Assembly: GCA_038237645.1 (NCBI GenBank) | Contig: JBBRYN010000005.1 | Coordinates: forward strand, 2,026-66,025 | Direction: 5' to 3' | Length of the DNA: 64,000 bases | DNA from: Mycobacteriales bacterium | GTDB lineage: Bacteria > Actinomycetota > Actinomycetes > Mycobacteriales > QHCA01 | In this document: in pieces, positions 9,316 through 20,284 of the stretch | Numbering within the stretch: position 1 is the first letter of the stretch | Layout of the letters: each line of letters opens with the position of its first letter | Translations under genes and position numbers: made by a program | The notes under the pieces: model-generated | Told to the model about the DNA's origin: nothing | The model's database searches: none | What the model saw: only the letters and a program-made list of their open reading frames with translations

Positions 9316-10814
9316 GCGATAACAACAACCTGACCACCCGCCAGGGCCACCCGGTCCACGACAACCAGAACCAGCGCACCGTCGGCAACCGCGGCCCGGC
9401 GACCCTGGAGAACTACCACTTCCTGGAGAAGATCAGCCACTTCGACCGCGAGCGCATCCCGGAGCGGGTGGTGCACGCACGCGGCTTCGTGGCGCACGGC
9501 GAGTTCGAGGCCTACGGCACGATCGGAGACGAACCCGCCGCGGCCTACACCCGGGCAAAGCTCTTCCAGAAGCAGGGCACGAAGACGCCGGTCACTATCC
9601 GGTTTTCCACGGTCATCGGCGGCCGGGACTCCTCCGAGGCGGCGCGCGACCCGCGGGGTTTCGCCGTGAAGCTCCGGACCGCGGACGGCAACTGGGACCT
9701 GGTCGGCAACAACCTCCCGGTGTTCTTCATCCGCGATGCGATCAAATTCCCCGACGTGATCCACGCACTCAAGCCCGATCCGGTCACCTTCCACCAGGAG
9801 CCCAACCGGATCTTCGACTTCATGTCGATGACGCCCGAGAGCATGCACATGCTGACCTGGCTGTTCAGCCCGCGCGGCATCCCGCAGGGCTACCGGCACA
9901 TGGACGGCTTCGGCGTCAACACGTACAAGATGGTCGATGCCGAGGGCCAGGGGGTTTTGGTCAAGTACCACTGGAAGACCCAGCAGGGCATCGAGTCGCT
10001 CACCCAGGCGCAGGCCGATGCCATCCAGGCCACCGAGCTCGGGCACGCCAGCATGGACCTGTATGCGGCTATCGAGAGCGGCGACCATCCCAAGTGGGAG
10101 CTCAACGTGCAGATCATGAGCGACGACGAGCACCCGGAGCTCGATTGGGACCCGCTCGACGACACCAAGACCTGGCCGGAGGATGCGTTCCCGCTGCGGC
10201 CGGTCGGCATGATGACCCTCAACCGCAACGTCGACAACCACTTCGCCGAGAACGAGCAGGTGGCGTTCGGCACCGGCGTGCTCGTCGACGGCCTGGACTT
10301 CTCCGACGACAAGATGCTGGTCGGCAGGACCTTTTCCTACTCCGACACCCAGCGCTACCGGGTCGGCCCCAACTACCTGCAGCTCCCGGTCAACGCCCCG
10401 ATCACCACTCCGGCGACCAACCAGCGGGACGGCCAGATGGCCTTCTACGTCGACCGGGCCGGCAGCAACCCGCACGTGAACTACGAGCCCAACTCCACCG
10501 GCGGACTGGTCGAGTCGCCCAAGCCCGGCCCGGACTACGAGCCGCTGATCAGCGGCCGGCTCACCCGGGCCCGGATCGAGCGAGAGAGCAACTACCTGCA
10601 GGCCGGCGAACGCTACCGCACGATGCCTGACTGGGAGCGCGAAGACCTCGTGCTCAACCTGGTCACCCTGCTCGGTCGGTGCGAGAAGCACATCCAGGAA
10701 CGCATGACCGCGCACTTCACCAAGTGCGACCCGCAGTTCGGCAAGCGGGTCGCCGATGGCCTGGGCATCGACCACGCGTCCCTCGACGTGGAGACCTTGG
10801 TCAAAGTGCGCTGA
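9312..10814 (+). CDS. katA: monofunctional heme catalase
   Basis: [56 protein letters not shown] and [11 protein letters not shown] are clade-3-type catalase signatures. The product is 500 aa from ATG 9312. Confidence 0.93.
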   Translation: MSDNNNLTTRQGHPVHDNQNQRTVGNRGPATLENYHFLEKISHFDRERIPERVVHARGFVAHGEFEAYGTIGDEPAAAYTRAKLFQKQGTKTPVTIRFSTVIGGRDSSEAARDPRGFAVKLRTADGNWDLVGNNLPVFFIRDAIKFPDVIHALKPDPVTFHQEPNRIFDFMSMTPESMHMLTWLFSPRGIPQGYRHMDGFGVNTYKMVDAEGQGVLVKYHWKTQQGIESLTQAQADAIQATELGHASMDLYAAIESGDHPKWELNVQIMSDDEHPELDWDPLDDTKTWPEDAFPLRPVGMMTLNRNVDNHFAENEQVAFGTGVLVDGLDFSDDKMLVGRTFSYSDTQRYRVGPNYLQLPVNAPITTPATNQRDGQMAFYVDRAGSNPHVNYEPNSTGGLVESPKPGPDYEPLISGRLTRARIERESNYLQAGERYRTMPDWEREDLVLNLVTLLGRCEKHIQERMTAHFTKCDPQFGKRVADGLGIDHASLDVETLVKVR

Positions 10815-10895
10815 GCCAAATCCAACCCGCAGGTTTGCCGGGCGACACGCCGACAGCACCTACCAAGAGTGCTTGGTCACCGCACTGGGTCTGCG

Positions 10896-11255
10896 TCAGG
10901 TCCGGACGGTGGTGTGCACGGTGCCGTCCGGGCCGGCGAGGAGTACGGGCACGCCGACGCCGAACTCCTGCAATACGGCGAGGTCACGCGGATCGGCCGT
11001 CTGCGCCTCGGTCACGAGTGCGGCGGCCTCGAACGTACGGGTCCCGCTGGACGCTGCGGCCGCCACCGCCGCCCGCAGCGCCGATGTCGTGAGCTGCGGG
11101 TCGGCCATTTCGACGGTCGCCGCGGCATAGGTGCGGCCTTCGGTGTCGCGCACGGCGGCGCCCTCGGCGACACCGCTGTGCGGCACGTAGGCGCGTAGCC
11201 GGGCCGCCCGGGCCAGGGTGACGATCTTGACGTCCTCCGGGTCGAGGTCAGGCAT
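10896..11255 (-). CDS. cytidine-deaminase-fold protein (zinc-ligand motifs not visible)
   Basis: 119 aa from ATG 11255, which overlaps the end of the upstream gene by 8 nt. It occupies the position of the cdd-like gene of the phoH-ybeY cluster. I see no H/CAE or PCxxC motifs. Confidence 0.6.
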   Translation of the reverse strand: MPDLDPEDVKIVTLARAARLRAYVPHSGVAEGAAVRDTEGRTYAAATVEMADPQLTTSALRAAVAAAASSGTRTFEAAALVTEAQTADPRDLAVLQEFGVGVPVLLAGPDGTVHTTVRT

Positions 11256-12555
11256 TGGCGGCCCGCACCTCGGCGGCTTCCTGCTGCTCCGGGGTGCGCC
11301 GGCGGACGAGCACCGTGTCGACGCGGTTGCGTCGGCCACCGGCACTCTCCGCCGTCAGCTCGAGGCCGTTGATCCGGACGGTCGCGCCGGGAATCGGCAC
11401 CCGGCCCAGCGCCTGGGCGAGCAGGCCGCCAACGGTTTCGACCTCGTCGGTGCGGAGCTCGACGTCGAAGAGCTCGGCAAGATCCTCGACCGACAGCCGG
11501 GCCGTCACGCGTACGGTGTCGTCGTCGAGCTGCTCGATGGGCGGCCGCTCGACGTCGTACTCGTCGGTGATCTCACCGACGATCTCCTCCAGGATGTCCT
11601 CGATGGTGACCAGGCCGGCCGTGCCGCCGTACTCGTCGATGACGATGGCCAGATGGGTGCGCCGAGCCTGCATCTCCCGCAACAGCTCGTCAACCGGCTT
11701 GGACTCCGGCACGAAGGTCGCCAGCCGCATCATGTCGTCGACCCGCGGCCGGTGCTCCCGACCCGCGGGCTCCTGGCACTGCCGCGCGAGGTCCTTGAGG
11801 TAGGCAACGCCCACGATGTCGTCGAGGTTTTCTCCGATGACCGGGATCCGGGAGAATCCCGAGCGCAGCGCCAGAGCCAGTGCCTGCACCACCGTCTTGT
11901 CCCGCTCGATCCACACCATCTCGGTGCGCGGCACCATCACCTCGCGGGCGATCGTGTCGCCGAGCCCGAAGACCGAGTTGATCATCTCCCGCTCGCCGTG
12001 CTCGACGACCCCGCGTTGCTCGGCCAGGTCGACGAGCTCGCGCAGCTCGACCTGCGAGGCGAACGGGCCATCGCGAAATCCCCGGCCTGGCGTCAACGCG
12101 TTGCCCAGCAGGATGAGCAGGCGGGTCAGCGGGCCCAGCACCCGGCCCAGCCAGAGGGTCGCACCCGCGGCGCGCAGGCCCACCGTGTAGGCGTGCTGGC
12201 GGCCCAGGGTGCGCGGGCCGACGCCGGCGAAGACGAAGACGACCACGGTCATCAGCCCGGAGGCGGCGGCAACCGCACCCCAGCCTACGCCGAGCCAGTC
12301 GACGAAGAAGACCGCGACCAGCGTGGTGGCCAGCAGCTCGGCAACCACCTGCAACAACAGCAGCAGGCTGACATGCCGAGGAGCGTCCTCCACCACGGCG
12401 CGCAACCGGGTTGCACCCCGCCGACCCTCGCGCTGCATCTCCAGCACCCGGGCCTGCGATATCTGGCTGAGTGCCGCGTCGACCATGGCGAAGAAGCCGG
12501 CCAGCGGCACCAGGACTACGACCCCCAGCAGCAGCGAAAGGTCCGATCTGGGCAT
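11248..12555 (-). CDS. hemolysin-family protein (CNNM/DUF21 TM domain + CBS pair + CorC_HlyC)
   Basis: 435 aa. N-terminal TM domain, CBS region ([15 protein letters not shown]...[19 protein letters not shown]) and a C-terminal transporter-associated domain. It holds the conserved position after ybeY. Confidence 0.88.
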   Translation of the reverse strand: MPRSDLSLLLGVVVLVPLAGFFAMVDAALSQISQARVLEMQREGRRGATRLRAVVEDAPRHVSLLLLLQVVAELLATTLVAVFFVDWLGVGWGAVAAASGLMTVVVFVFAGVGPRTLGRQHAYTVGLRAAGATLWLGRVLGPLTRLLILLGNALTPGRGFRDGPFASQVELRELVDLAEQRGVVEHGEREMINSVFGLGDTIAREVMVPRTEMVWIERDKTVVQALALALRSGFSRIPVIGENLDDIVGVAYLKDLARQCQEPAGREHRPRVDDMMRLATFVPESKPVDELLREMQARRTHLAIVIDEYGGTAGLVTIEDILEEIVGEITDEYDVERPPIEQLDDDTVRVTARLSVEDLAELFDVELRTDEVETVGGLLAQALGRVPIPGATVRINGLELTAESAGGRRNRVDTVLVRRRTPEQQEAAEVRAANA

Positions 12556-12558
12556 CAG

Positions 12559-13026
12559 TCAGGCCCGCACCTGATGCCACGACGTCAGCAGGCGGCGCTG
12601 CACGGCAAACATCTCGCGTTCGGCCTCGGAATCACCGTGGTCGTAGCCCAGCAGGTGCAGCACGCCGTGGACGCACAGCAGGTGCAGCTCGTTCTCGGTG
12701 CTGTGGCCGGCCCCGGCCGCCTGGCGCTCGGCCACGGCGGGGCACAGCACGACGTCGCCGAGCATCGTCGGCTCCGGCTCCAGGCCGTCGACTCCCGGCC
12801 CCCTGGCGATGTCGAGCTCGTCCATCGGGAAGGCCAGGACGTCCGTGGCACCGGACTCCCCCATCCAGCGCTGGTGCAACTCCTCCATATACGCCTGGTC
12901 CACCAGCAGCACCGACAACTCCGCGAGGGAGTTGACCCCCATCTGGACGAGGACGTGTGCGGCCAGCGCCGCGAGTGCGGCTTCGTCGACCGGTACGCCG
13001 GACTCGTTGGCGACCTCCACGCTCAC
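12559..13026 (-). CDS. ybeY: rRNA maturation RNase YbeY
   Basis: [16 protein letters not shown] zinc motif. Start at GTG 13026, downstream of the phoH stop. Confidence 0.92.
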   Translation of the reverse strand: MSVEVANESGVPVDEAALAALAAHVLVQMGVNSLAELSVLLVDQAYMEELHQRWMGESGATDVLAFPMDELDIARGPGVDGLEPEPTMLGDVVLCPAVAERQAAGAGHSTENELHLLCVHGVLHLLGYDHGDSEAEREMFAVQRRLLTSWHQVRA

Positions 13027-13033
13027 CGGCGGC

Positions 13034-14083
13034 CTACCGCCCGCGCTGTCGCCGGCCGCGTGCCACCGGCGGACCCGCCGGCGAGGCGCCGTTGGCTTCA
13101 TCCCACCGCGCGTAGGCGTCGACGATGTCGCTGACCAACCGGTGCCGGACGACGTCCGCGCTGGTCAGCAGGGAGAAGTGGACGTCCTGCACCCCGTCGA
13201 GGATCTCGCGCACAATCTTGAGACCGCTGCGCGTGCCGGTCGGCAGGTCGATCTGGGTGATGTCGCCGGTGACCACCATCCTGGCGCCGAAGCCCAGCCG
13301 GGTGAGGAACATCTTCATCTGCTCGGCGGAGGTGTTCTGCGCCTCGTCGAGGATGATGAAGGCGTCGTTGAGTGAGCGTCCGCGCATGTAGGCCAGTGGG
13401 GCGACCTCGATCGTGCCCGACTGGATGAGCCGGGGGATCGACTCCGGGTCGACCATGTCGTGCAGGGCGTCGTAGAGCGGCCGAAGGTAGGGATCGATCT
13501 TGTCGTACAGCGTTCCCGGCAGGAAGCCGAGCCGCTCCCCGGCCTCGACCGCCGGCCGGGTGAGGATGATCCGGTTGACCTGCTTGGCCTGCAGCGCCTG
13601 CACTGCCTTGGCCATCGCGAGGTAGGTCTTGCCGGTCCCTGCCGGTCCGATGCCGAAAACGATGGTGTGAGCATCGATGGCATCGACATAGCGCTTCTGG
13701 TTCAGCGTCTTTGGCCGGATGGTGCGACCGCGCCGGGACACGATGTTGAGGGTCAGCACCTCGGCCGGGCGCTCCTCCGCGCCGCTGGCGAGCATGCCGA
13801 CCGTGCGTCGGACGGAGTCGGCGGTCAGCACCTCGCCCTTGTCGAGGAGGGCCAGCAACTCGGTGAACAGGTCGACGGCGATGTCGTTGTCGGCCTGCTT
13901 GCCGGTGATGGTGATCTCGTTGCCGCGGACGTGGATGTCGCTGTCGAGCGCGCGCTCGACGACCCTGAGGAGCTCGTCACCAGAACCGAGCAGGCTGACC
14001 ATCGCATGGGATGGCGGGACGACGATCTTCGTCCGCAGGTGGGCGTCGCTGGCGGCCGTGTCACTGGTGGACGTGTCTGCCAA
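13034..14083 (-). CDS. phoH: PhoH-family ATPase
   Basis: [19 protein letters not shown] Walker A, IILDEAQN and [12 protein letters not shown]. Apparent TTG start at 14083. Confidence 0.92.
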   Translation of the reverse strand: MADTSTSDTAASDAHLRTKIVVPPSHAMVSLLGSGDELLRVVERALDSDIHVRGNEITITGKQADNDIAVDLFTELLALLDKGEVLTADSVRRTVGMLASGAEERPAEVLTLNIVSRRGRTIRPKTLNQKRYVDAIDAHTIVFGIGPAGTGKTYLAMAKAVQALQAKQVNRIILTRPAVEAGERLGFLPGTLYDKIDPYLRPLYDALHDMVDPESIPRLIQSGTIEVAPLAYMRGRSLNDAFIILDEAQNTSAEQMKMFLTRLGFGARMVVTGDITQIDLPTGTRSGLKIVREILDGVQDVHFSLLTSADVVRHRLVSDIVDAYARWDEANGASPAGPPVARGRRQRGR

Positions 14084-14128
14084 GGTCGGGGCGGGCCTGC
14101 TTCCGGGTCGGGACTGTGGCCTTCAATG

Positions 14129-15478
14129 CTACCCGCGCGGGGTGGCAAAGGTCTCCTGAGTACGGGTGCAGGGGTAGGTGGCCCAGTGCATTTCGACCAC
14201 CTCGCCGCCGGTGTCCCGGGTGAGTCGCAGCCACTCGCCGGCCTCCCGACCGGTCACGACCCGCAGCAGGTCGTCGGTCTCGACCGCGAAAACCGCCGGC
14301 GGCTTGGCCTCGGGCGCCTGCCTGGCCCGTGCCTCGAGGTGGCCGTCGTGCCAGGAGAACACGAACTCGATCCCCTCCGTCCACCACGGCCCCAGCACAC
14401 TGCCCAGGTGCCCCGGCGGCGGTGGCCCCGGTCGCCACGGCGGCACGTCCGGCGGGTCGGCCGCCAGGCTGGCCTCGATCAGAGCGTGCGGGAGGTCGCA
14501 GAGGGCCGAGGCCGTGCCGGAGGACCCGAGGGCAACGGCAGCGATCCGCTCGCTGCGCCGGGTGTAGGCCCCCGCCAGGAAGCCGGGCATCGCACCGTCA
14601 TGGCCGGCGTGCACGGCCCGGCCACCGCGGTGCACCAGGATCAGCCCCAGCCCCCAGCCGACGCGCCATTCTTCGTTGTCCGTGACCGTGCTGAGCTGCC
14701 ACATCTCATCCAGGGTCGCCGGGGCGAGGATCTCCGGGTCGGGGGCGCCGAGGAACATCGCCCACCGGACGAGATCCTCGGCGGTGCTCCACAGCTGGCC
14801 TGCCGGCGCCAGGCCGGCCATGTCGGCCGGCGGCTGGGGATGGACCACGTCGCTGAATGCCTCGACGAGGTAGCCGGTGGCTGCCGGGTCACCCGGCGCC
14901 AGGGTGGTGCGGTCGAGCTTGAGCGGGCCCAGCAACCGGTCCGTGACCACCTCGGCCCAGCTGCCCCGCGCCAGCTTCGCGGCGGCCGCGCCGAGCAGCG
15001 AATAGGCGAGGTTGGAATAGTGCCAGCGGCGCTCCGGCGCGAGCACCCGCTCGGCCCGGGTCAACTCGGCCACCAGGCGGTCGGTGGCCGGGGGCTGCAT
15101 GGTGTCCCACACGTCGCCCGGTGGCTCTCGCTGCAGGCCCGAGCGGTGGGTGAGCAGCCGGCGCAGGGTGAGCTCCCCGTGTGCCGGCACGTCGAGGTGC
15201 CGCGCGAGCGGGTCGTCGAGGTCGAGCAGACCCTCGTCGCGCAGTTGCAGGATGAGCACCGCCGTGAAGGTCTTGGTGATCGAGCCGATCCGGAACGAGG
15301 TCCCCGCGGTGGCCGGCTGCCCGGGCGCCGCATCCCCGACCGCCACGGTCCAAACCGGCCGGTCCGCCCGCGCGACTGCGGCGGTCACGGCCGGGATCCG
15401 GTGCTCGGACTGCAGTTGCCGGACCAGCCGATCACACCGGCGGGTCGCCTCATCGCCGCCTGTCACCCAGGCGGCCAA
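14129..15478 (-). CDS. serine hydrolase (class C beta-lactamase/transpeptidase-like family) with an extra C-terminal domain
   Basis: FRIGSITKTFTAVLILQL contains the SxxK motif; YSNLAYSLLG is also present. About 110 extra C-terminal residues. The start is uncertain (TTG 15478 overlaps the HIT gene by 16 nt). Confidence 0.82.
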   Translation of the reverse strand: MAAWVTGGDEATRRCDRLVRQLQSEHRIPAVTAAVARADRPVWTVAVGDAAPGQPATAGTSFRIGSITKTFTAVLILQLRDEGLLDLDDPLARHLDVPAHGELTLRRLLTHRSGLQREPPGDVWDTMQPPATDRLVAELTRAERVLAPERRWHYSNLAYSLLGAAAAKLARGSWAEVVTDRLLGPLKLDRTTLAPGDPAATGYLVEAFSDVVHPQPPADMAGLAPAGQLWSTAEDLVRWAMFLGAPDPEILAPATLDEMWQLSTVTDNEEWRVGWGLGLILVHRGGRAVHAGHDGAMPGFLAGAYTRRSERIAAVALGSSGTASALCDLPHALIEASLAADPPDVPPWRPGPPPPGHLGSVLGPWWTEGIEFVFSWHDGHLEARARQAPEAKPPAVFAVETDDLLRVVTGREAGEWLRLTRDTGGEVVEMHWATYPCTRTQETFATPRG

Positions 15479-15810
15479 CTCATCGAGCGCCCGCCCAGGA
15501 CGTGGAGGTGTACGTGATCGACCGTTTGGTGACCGTCTCGCCCGGTGTTGGTGACGAGCCGGTAGCCGGTTTCGGCGATCCCCTCCGCCCGCGCCACCTC
15601 CACGGCTTCCCGGTAGACCTCGGCCAGCAGGTCGGGGTCCTGCGCGGCGAGCGCCGCGATGTCGTCGTGATGCGTGCGCGGGATGACCAGCACATGGATC
15701 GGCGCGACCGGAGTGACGTCACGGAACGCGAGCGTGCGCGGCCCGTCGCGCACCACGGTGGCGGGCACGTCGCCGGATGCGATCCGGCAGAACAGGCAAT
15801 CGGTCGGCAT
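15463..15810 (-). CDS. HIT-family protein
   Basis: MPTDCLFCRIASGDVPA...HVLVIPRTH...VDHVHLHVLGG (histidine triad). ATG 15810. Confidence 0.9.
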   Translation of the reverse strand: MPTDCLFCRIASGDVPATVVRDGPRTLAFRDVTPVAPIHVLVIPRTHHDDIAALAAQDPDLLAEVYREAVEVARAEGIAETGYRLVTNTGRDGHQTVDHVHLHVLGGRSMSWPPG

Positions 15811-15913
15811 CGGGGGGAAGCGTAGGCCACTCGCGATCGGGCGGCGGGGCCGGGTAAACCAGCCGACCTCCCTGCGCGTCCTCCGAGGTGTGCCAGGCAC
15901 ACTGACCGTCACC

Positions 15914-16438
15914 ATGGCGGCGATCGAGCGACAACCGGGTGACGCCCTACCGGACGCCGACGCGGCGCTCACGGCGCTGTACACCGCCCACTACCGCCGC
16001 CTGGTCCGCCTCGCAGCGCTGCTCCTCGACGACCTGTCCACCAGTGAAGAAGTCGTCCAGGACGCCTACGTCAAGATGCATTCGGCGTGGCGCCGCATCC
16101 GCGAGCCGCAGGCGGCGGAGGCTTACCTGCGCGTCACGGTGCTCAACCTGGCTCGGTCGCGGATGCGACACCGGCAGGTCGCCGATCGGCACGCCCCCAA
16201 GCCGATGCCTGACGCCGCTTCCGCCGAGCATGGTGCAATGGAGTCGATCGAGCGCCAGGCGGTGCTGGCGGCGTTGCGGAGCCTGCCGGGCCGCCAGCGT
16301 GAGTGCCTGGTGCTGCGCTATTACGGAGACCTCTCGGAGGCCCAGATCGCGGAATCCCTGGGGATCAGCCCGGGCGCGGTCAAGAGCCACTCCTCCCGAG
16401 GCATGGGCGCGCTGCGCAAGGCATTGGAGGAGCGATGA
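15914..16438 (+). CDS. ECF (sigma-70 family) RNA polymerase sigma factor
   Basis: Region 2 (EEVVQDAYVKMHSAW...YLRVTVLNLARS) and region 4 (LPGRQRECLVLRYYGDLSEAQIAESLGISPGAVKSHSSRG). ATG 15914. Confidence 0.88.
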   Translation: MAAIERQPGDALPDADAALTALYTAHYRRLVRLAALLLDDLSTSEEVVQDAYVKMHSAWRRIREPQAAEAYLRVTVLNLARSRMRHRQVADRHAPKPMPDAASAEHGAMESIERQAVLAALRSLPGRQRECLVLRYYGDLSEAQIAESLGISPGAVKSHSSRGMGALRKALEER

Positions 16439-17346
16439 CCGACGACCTCGAGAGCCTGCTGCGGGACAGCCTGGAGGCCCGGGCAAATTCCTACGAGCCG
16501 CGTGGCGACGGCCTGAGCCGAATCCGCTCCCGTGTCACGGCCCGCCGCCGGCGCCGGCAGTGGCTGATGCCGACACTGTCGATGGCAGCGGTGGCGGCAG
16601 CCGTCGCGGGGGTGATAGCCATCCCCATCCTCCTGCCGGACCAGGACGCGGTCGCACCCGGTCCGGCCCAGTCCAATGTCGCAAGCCCGACCGGTCCCTC
16701 GGCAAGCGGTTCGCCGGGACAGCCTGACGGCGGGGGCGCCGGGCTGCCGGACATGACGACGCTGTGGCCCTACCAGTCCCGCAGTCAGGCGGCCGCCCGT
16801 GAGCCGACCGACGTCAGATCGGGGCGGCTGCCCTTCCTGGCCGACGCCCGGCAGACCGCGCTGCACTTCGTCAACCGCTACCTCGGCTACTCCGATCCGA
16901 TCGAGGTCATCCGTACCCAGCCACTTGAAGCCGGCGCCGGTGTGGTGCTCGGCGCGCGCAACCCCAACCACGCGCTGTACGAGATCACGACCGTCTACCT
17001 GGTCCGCGTGACGCGCGCGGCCGACGCGCCCTACGCGGTCGTGCGGGCCGACGCGCCGCAGTTGCGCATCAGCACCGTGGCGCCCGGTCAGCCGGGTGTC
17101 GTTTCGGTGGCCGGATACGTCGGCGGCGACCACCAGGCGGTGCAGGTGCGGTTGGTGGACGCCAGAGGGGTGGAGGTCATCTCCGGCAACGACGGGGCGG
17201 CCGGTGCCATCATGCCCTGGCGGGTCGTGGTCGGCGGCCGGACAAACCCCGTCCCGGCCGGCCGTTACGCGGTGGTCGCCCGGACGCTGTCGGACGCCAA
17301 CGGCCAGCTCAACGAGCTGGCAGTACGCCCGTTCCTGAATCACTGA
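16435..17346 (+). CDS. single-pass membrane protein coupled to the ECF sigma factor (possible anti-sigma; Ig-like C-terminal domain)
   Basis: The ATG overlaps the sigma factor stop (ATGA). About 45 aa of cytoplasmic segment, then one TM helix (LMPTLSMAAVAAAVAGVIAIPILL), a P/S/G linker and a beta-rich C-terminus. No HxxxCxxC zinc motif. Confidence 0.6.
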   Translation: MTDDLESLLRDSLEARANSYEPRGDGLSRIRSRVTARRRRRQWLMPTLSMAAVAAAVAGVIAIPILLPDQDAVAPGPAQSNVASPTGPSASGSPGQPDGGGAGLPDMTTLWPYQSRSQAAAREPTDVRSGRLPFLADARQTALHFVNRYLGYSDPIEVIRTQPLEAGAGVVLGARNPNHALYEITTVYLVRVTRAADAPYAVVRADAPQLRISTVAPGQPGVVSVAGYVGGDHQAVQVRLVDARGVEVISGNDGAAGAIMPWRVVVGGRTNPVPAGRYAVVARTLSDANGQLNELAVRPFLNH

Positions 17347-18090
17347 TCACGACCAGCGACCGAGCCGGACCGACAGGGCGGCCAGGGCCGCGGCGCCGGC
17401 GGTGGACGTCCGCAGCATGCCGGGCCCCAGCCGGCAGGGCAGGGCCCCGGCCGCGCTGAAGGCCTCGAGCTCCTCCGGTGAGATGCCCCCTTCAGGACCG
17501 ACGACGAGCACGACGTCGCCGGCAACCGGCAGCGGCACCTGGGAAAGCCGTTGAGGGGCCGGCTGGTGCAGGGCCAGGGCCGCGGCAGCGGCGCACAGGC
17601 GCTTCACGACGGCGTCGGCGTCGTGCAGCTGTGCAATCCGGGGCAGCCACGGCCGCCGCGATTGCTTGGCGGCCTCGCGCGCCGTCGACTCCCAGCGCCG
17701 GAGGGCTTTTTCACCCCGCTCGCCCTGCCATCGGGTGACCGACCGGGCGGCGGACCACGGGATGACCTCGTCGACCCCCAGCTCGGTCATCAACTCGATC
17801 GCCCGCTCACCGCGGTCGCCCTTGGCCAGTCCCTGCACGACGACGAGCCGGGGGACTGCCTGGGCAACGTAGGACCGGTCGTGGACGGCGAGCTCGAGTG
17901 ACGGCCCCGAGACAGCCGTGACCGAGCATCGGGCCAAGCCGCCCGCGCCGTCGCTCAGCAGGATCTGCTCACCGGGAGCCACCCGCCGCACCCGCGCGGC
18001 ATGCCGTCCCTCGGGACCGGCCAGCACGGCGGTGCCGGCCGCAGGCAGTGCCTCGACGAGGAACACCGGATCGGTCAGCGACTGCTCCAC
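17347..18090 (-). CDS. rsmE: 16S rRNA (uracil1498-N3)-methyltransferase RsmE
   Basis: PVFLVE...HAARVRRV...[25 protein letters not shown]...[12 protein letters not shown]...[11 protein letters not shown]. The start is uncertain (GTG 18090 overlaps dnaJ by 16 nt). Confidence 0.88.
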   Translation of the reverse strand: MEQSLTDPVFLVEALPAAGTAVLAGPEGRHAARVRRVAPGEQILLSDGAGGLARCSVTAVSGPSLELAVHDRSYVAQAVPRLVVVQGLAKGDRGERAIELMTELGVDEVIPWSAARSVTRWQGERGEKALRRWESTAREAAKQSRRPWLPRIAQLHDADAVVKRLCAAAAALALHQPAPQRLSQVPLPVAGDVVLVVGPEGGISPEELEAFSAAGALPCRLGPGMLRTSTAGAAALAALSVRLGRWS

Positions 18091-19211
18091 AGCCGGGAGA
18101 ACAGCCCGTTGGATCGCACCGCCGCGTCCGGTCGCTCCTCGTCCCGCAACGTGGCCAGTTTGCGCAGCAGTGCCTCCTGCTCGGCGTCGAGCCGGGTGGG
18201 CGTCGCCACGTTGACGTGCACGTGCAGATCGCCGCGGGTGGCGGCGCGCAGGTGCGGCACACCCCTGGCGCGCAGGGTGATCACGGTGCCGGACTGCACC
18301 CCGGCGCTGAGGTCGAGCTGCTCCTCGCCGTCCAGAGTGGACAGTGTCGTACTGGTGCCGAGGGCGGCCGCCGTCATCGGCAGCGTCACCTCGCAGTGCA
18401 GGTCGTCGCCCTCACGGGTGAAGACCTCGTGCGGCCGCTCGTGCACCTCGACGTACAGGTCACCGGGCAGCCCGCCACCGGGGCCGACCTCCCCCTGACC
18501 GGTCAGCCGGATCCGCATCCCGTCCTCCACCCCGGCCGGCACCTTCACGGTGATCGTCCGGCGGCTGCGCACCCGGCCGTCCCCGCCGCACCCGGCGCAG
18601 GGATGCTGGATGACGGTGCCGAAGCCGCCGCAGGCACTGCACGGTCGCGACGTCATCACCTGCCCGAGAAACGACCGCTGCACACTCTGCACCTCCCCCT
18701 GGCCGCCGCAGGACATGCAGCTGACCGGCTCGGTGCCGGCCGTCGTGCCGGCCCCCCGGCACTGGGTGCACGTGACCGCGGTGTCGACGGTGAGCTCCCG
18801 GCTCACCCCGAAGGCCGCGTCGGCCAGGTCGAGGTCCAGCCGGATCAGCGCGTCGGCACCGGGCCGCCGCCGGCTGCGGGGCGACCGACCCCGGCCCCCG
18901 CCGGCACTGCCGCCACCGAAGAACGCGTCCATGATGTCCTGGAAGCCCATGGGGAACGACGCACCCGGTCCGCCGCCACCACGTGGTGCCAGCGGGTCGC
19001 CGCCGAGGTCGACGACCTCGCGCTTGGCCGGATCGCTGAGCACCTCGTAGGCCGTCGAGACCGCGCGGAAGCGCTGCTGCGCTGCGGCATCCGGGTTGAC
19101 GTCGGGATGCAGCTCCCTAGCCAGCCGGCGGTAGGCGCGCTTGATCTCCTCGGCCGTCGCGTCCCGGGGGACGCCGAGGGTGGCGTAGTAGTCGTTCGGC
19201 GGCACGGTCAA
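18075..19211 (-). CDS. dnaJ: molecular chaperone DnaJ (hrcA-linked copy)
   Basis: J domain [34 protein letters not shown], a G-rich linker and four CxxCxGxG zinc-finger repeats. Confidence 0.95.
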   Translation of the reverse strand: MTVPPNDYYATLGVPRDATAEEIKRAYRRLARELHPDVNPDAAAQQRFRAVSTAYEVLSDPAKREVVDLGGDPLAPRGGGGPGASFPMGFQDIMDAFFGGGSAGGGRGRSPRSRRRPGADALIRLDLDLADAAFGVSRELTVDTAVTCTQCRGAGTTAGTEPVSCMSCGGQGEVQSVQRSFLGQVMTSRPCSACGGFGTVIQHPCAGCGGDGRVRSRRTITVKVPAGVEDGMRIRLTGQGEVGPGGGLPGDLYVEVHERPHEVFTREGDDLHCEVTLPMTAAALGTSTTLSTLDGEEQLDLSAGVQSGTVITLRARGVPHLRAATRGDLHVHVNVATPTRLDAEQEALLRKLATLRDEERPDAAVRSNGLFSRLWSSR

Positions 19212-19218
19212 CTCGTCC

Positions 19219-20241
19219 TCACTGGCGCGCCAGCAGCTCGCCGACGTAACGGGCGACGGCGCGGACAGCGCTCATCGTGCCGGGATAGTCCATCCGGGTG
19301 GGCCCCAGGACGCCGAGACCGGCCAGGGCCTGACCACCGGAACCGTAGCCGACGCTCACGACCGACGTGTCGCGGAGGCCCTCGACCACGTTCTCCTCTC
19401 CGATGCGGACCCGCAGCGTGCTCGGCGTCTCGATTTCTCCGATCAGCTTCAGGAGCACCACCTGCTCCTCCAGCGCCTCGAGCACCGGATGGATGGTGCC
19501 CGGGAAGTCGAGCGCGCTCCGGGTCAGATTGGCGGTGCCGGCCAGCATGACCCGCTCCTCGGAGCGCTCGGCCATGGTCTCCAGCAGTACGGTGGCCAGC
19601 GACAGCATGACCGGCCGGAGCTCCATGCCGACCGCGTCCGGGAGTGACTCGACCTGCGCGGGCGCGTCGGCCATCGGCCGGCCGGTGAGCCCCGCGTTGA
19701 CCGCCGTGCGCAGCTCGGCAACCTGGTGCTCCGCCAGCGCTGTGGGCAGCTGCAGCACCCGCTGCTCGACGCGGCCGGTATCGGTGATCAGCACGAGCAG
19801 CAGCCGGCTGTCGGACAGGTGCACGAGCTCCAGGTGCCGCACCGCGCTGCGGGACAACGCGGGATATTGCACGACGGCGACCTGCCGGGTGAGCTGGGCC
19901 AGCAGCCGGACGCTTCGGCGTACGACGTCGTCGAGATCGACCGCGCCGTCGAGGAAGGTCTGGATCGCGCGGCGCTCGGGTGCCGACAGCGGCTTGACCT
20001 GGGACAGCCGGTCGACGAAGAGGCGGTAGCCCTTGTCGGTGGGAATGCGCCCGGCGCTGGTATGCGGCTGGGTGATGTAACCATCGTCCTCGAGCACGGC
20101 CATGTCGTTGCGAATGGTCGCCGGAGAAACGCCGAGGCAGTGCCGCTCAGCGAGCGCCCTGCTGCCGACCGGCTCGTGGGTGGACACGTAATCCTCCACG
20201 ATGGCCCGGAGCACCTCGAGCTTGCGGTCGTCCAAGGTCAT
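19219..20241 (-). CDS. hrcA: heat-inducible transcription repressor HrcA
   Basis: [34 protein letters not shown]...[38 protein letters not shown] 20241 is preceded by GGAGG. Confidence 0.95.
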   Translation of the reverse strand: MTLDDRKLEVLRAIVEDYVSTHEPVGSRALAERHCLGVSPATIRNDMAVLEDDGYITQPHTSAGRIPTDKGYRLFVDRLSQVKPLSAPERRAIQTFLDGAVDLDDVVRRSVRLLAQLTRQVAVVQYPALSRSAVRHLELVHLSDSRLLLVLITDTGRVEQRVLQLPTALAEHQVAELRTAVNAGLTGRPMADAPAQVESLPDAVGMELRPVMLSLATVLLETMAERSEERVMLAGTANLTRSALDFPGTIHPVLEALEEQVVLLKLIGEIETPSTLRVRIGEENVVEGLRDTSVVSVGYGSGGQALAGLGVLGPTRMDYPGTMSAVRAVARYVGELLARQ

Positions 20242-20252
20242 CCGGTCACCTC

Positions 20253-20284
20253 CTGGCACTCTTCGACAGCGAGTGCTAATCATA
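20253..20284 (-). promoter_or_regulatory. CIRCE operator overlapping a TATGAT -10 box upstream of hrcA-dnaJ
   Basis: The minus strand reads TATGATTAGCACTC-gctgtcgaa-GAGTGCCAG. Against the CIRCE consensus TTAGCACTC-N9-GAGTGCTAA, the left arm is perfect, the right arm has 2 mismatches and the spacer is 9 nt. It lies 12 nt upstream of the hrcA ATG region with its GGAGG. Confidence 0.85.

Noticed and set aside
9135-10859. 574-aa ORF antisense to the catalase gene
   Set aside because: The translation is a D/V/G/R/A-rich low-complexity string with no motifs. The plus strand encodes an unmistakable catalase. Long antisense shadow ORFs are expected at this GC content because stop codons are rare.
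11218-15517. Two very long plus-strand ORFs (11218..13134, 638 aa; 13460..15517, 685 aa) opposite the CBS/ybeY/phoH/serine-hydrolase genes
   Set aside because: These are R/G/P/H-rich shadow frames. The minus strand carries well-supported conserved genes with proper motifs and high GC3.
17344-17349. TGATCA formed by back-to-back stop codons of the convergent anti-sigma-like gene and rsmE (zero intergenic distance)
   Set aside because: It is real but most simply explained by genome compaction. There is no hairpin or other signal around it that would suggest a specific function.
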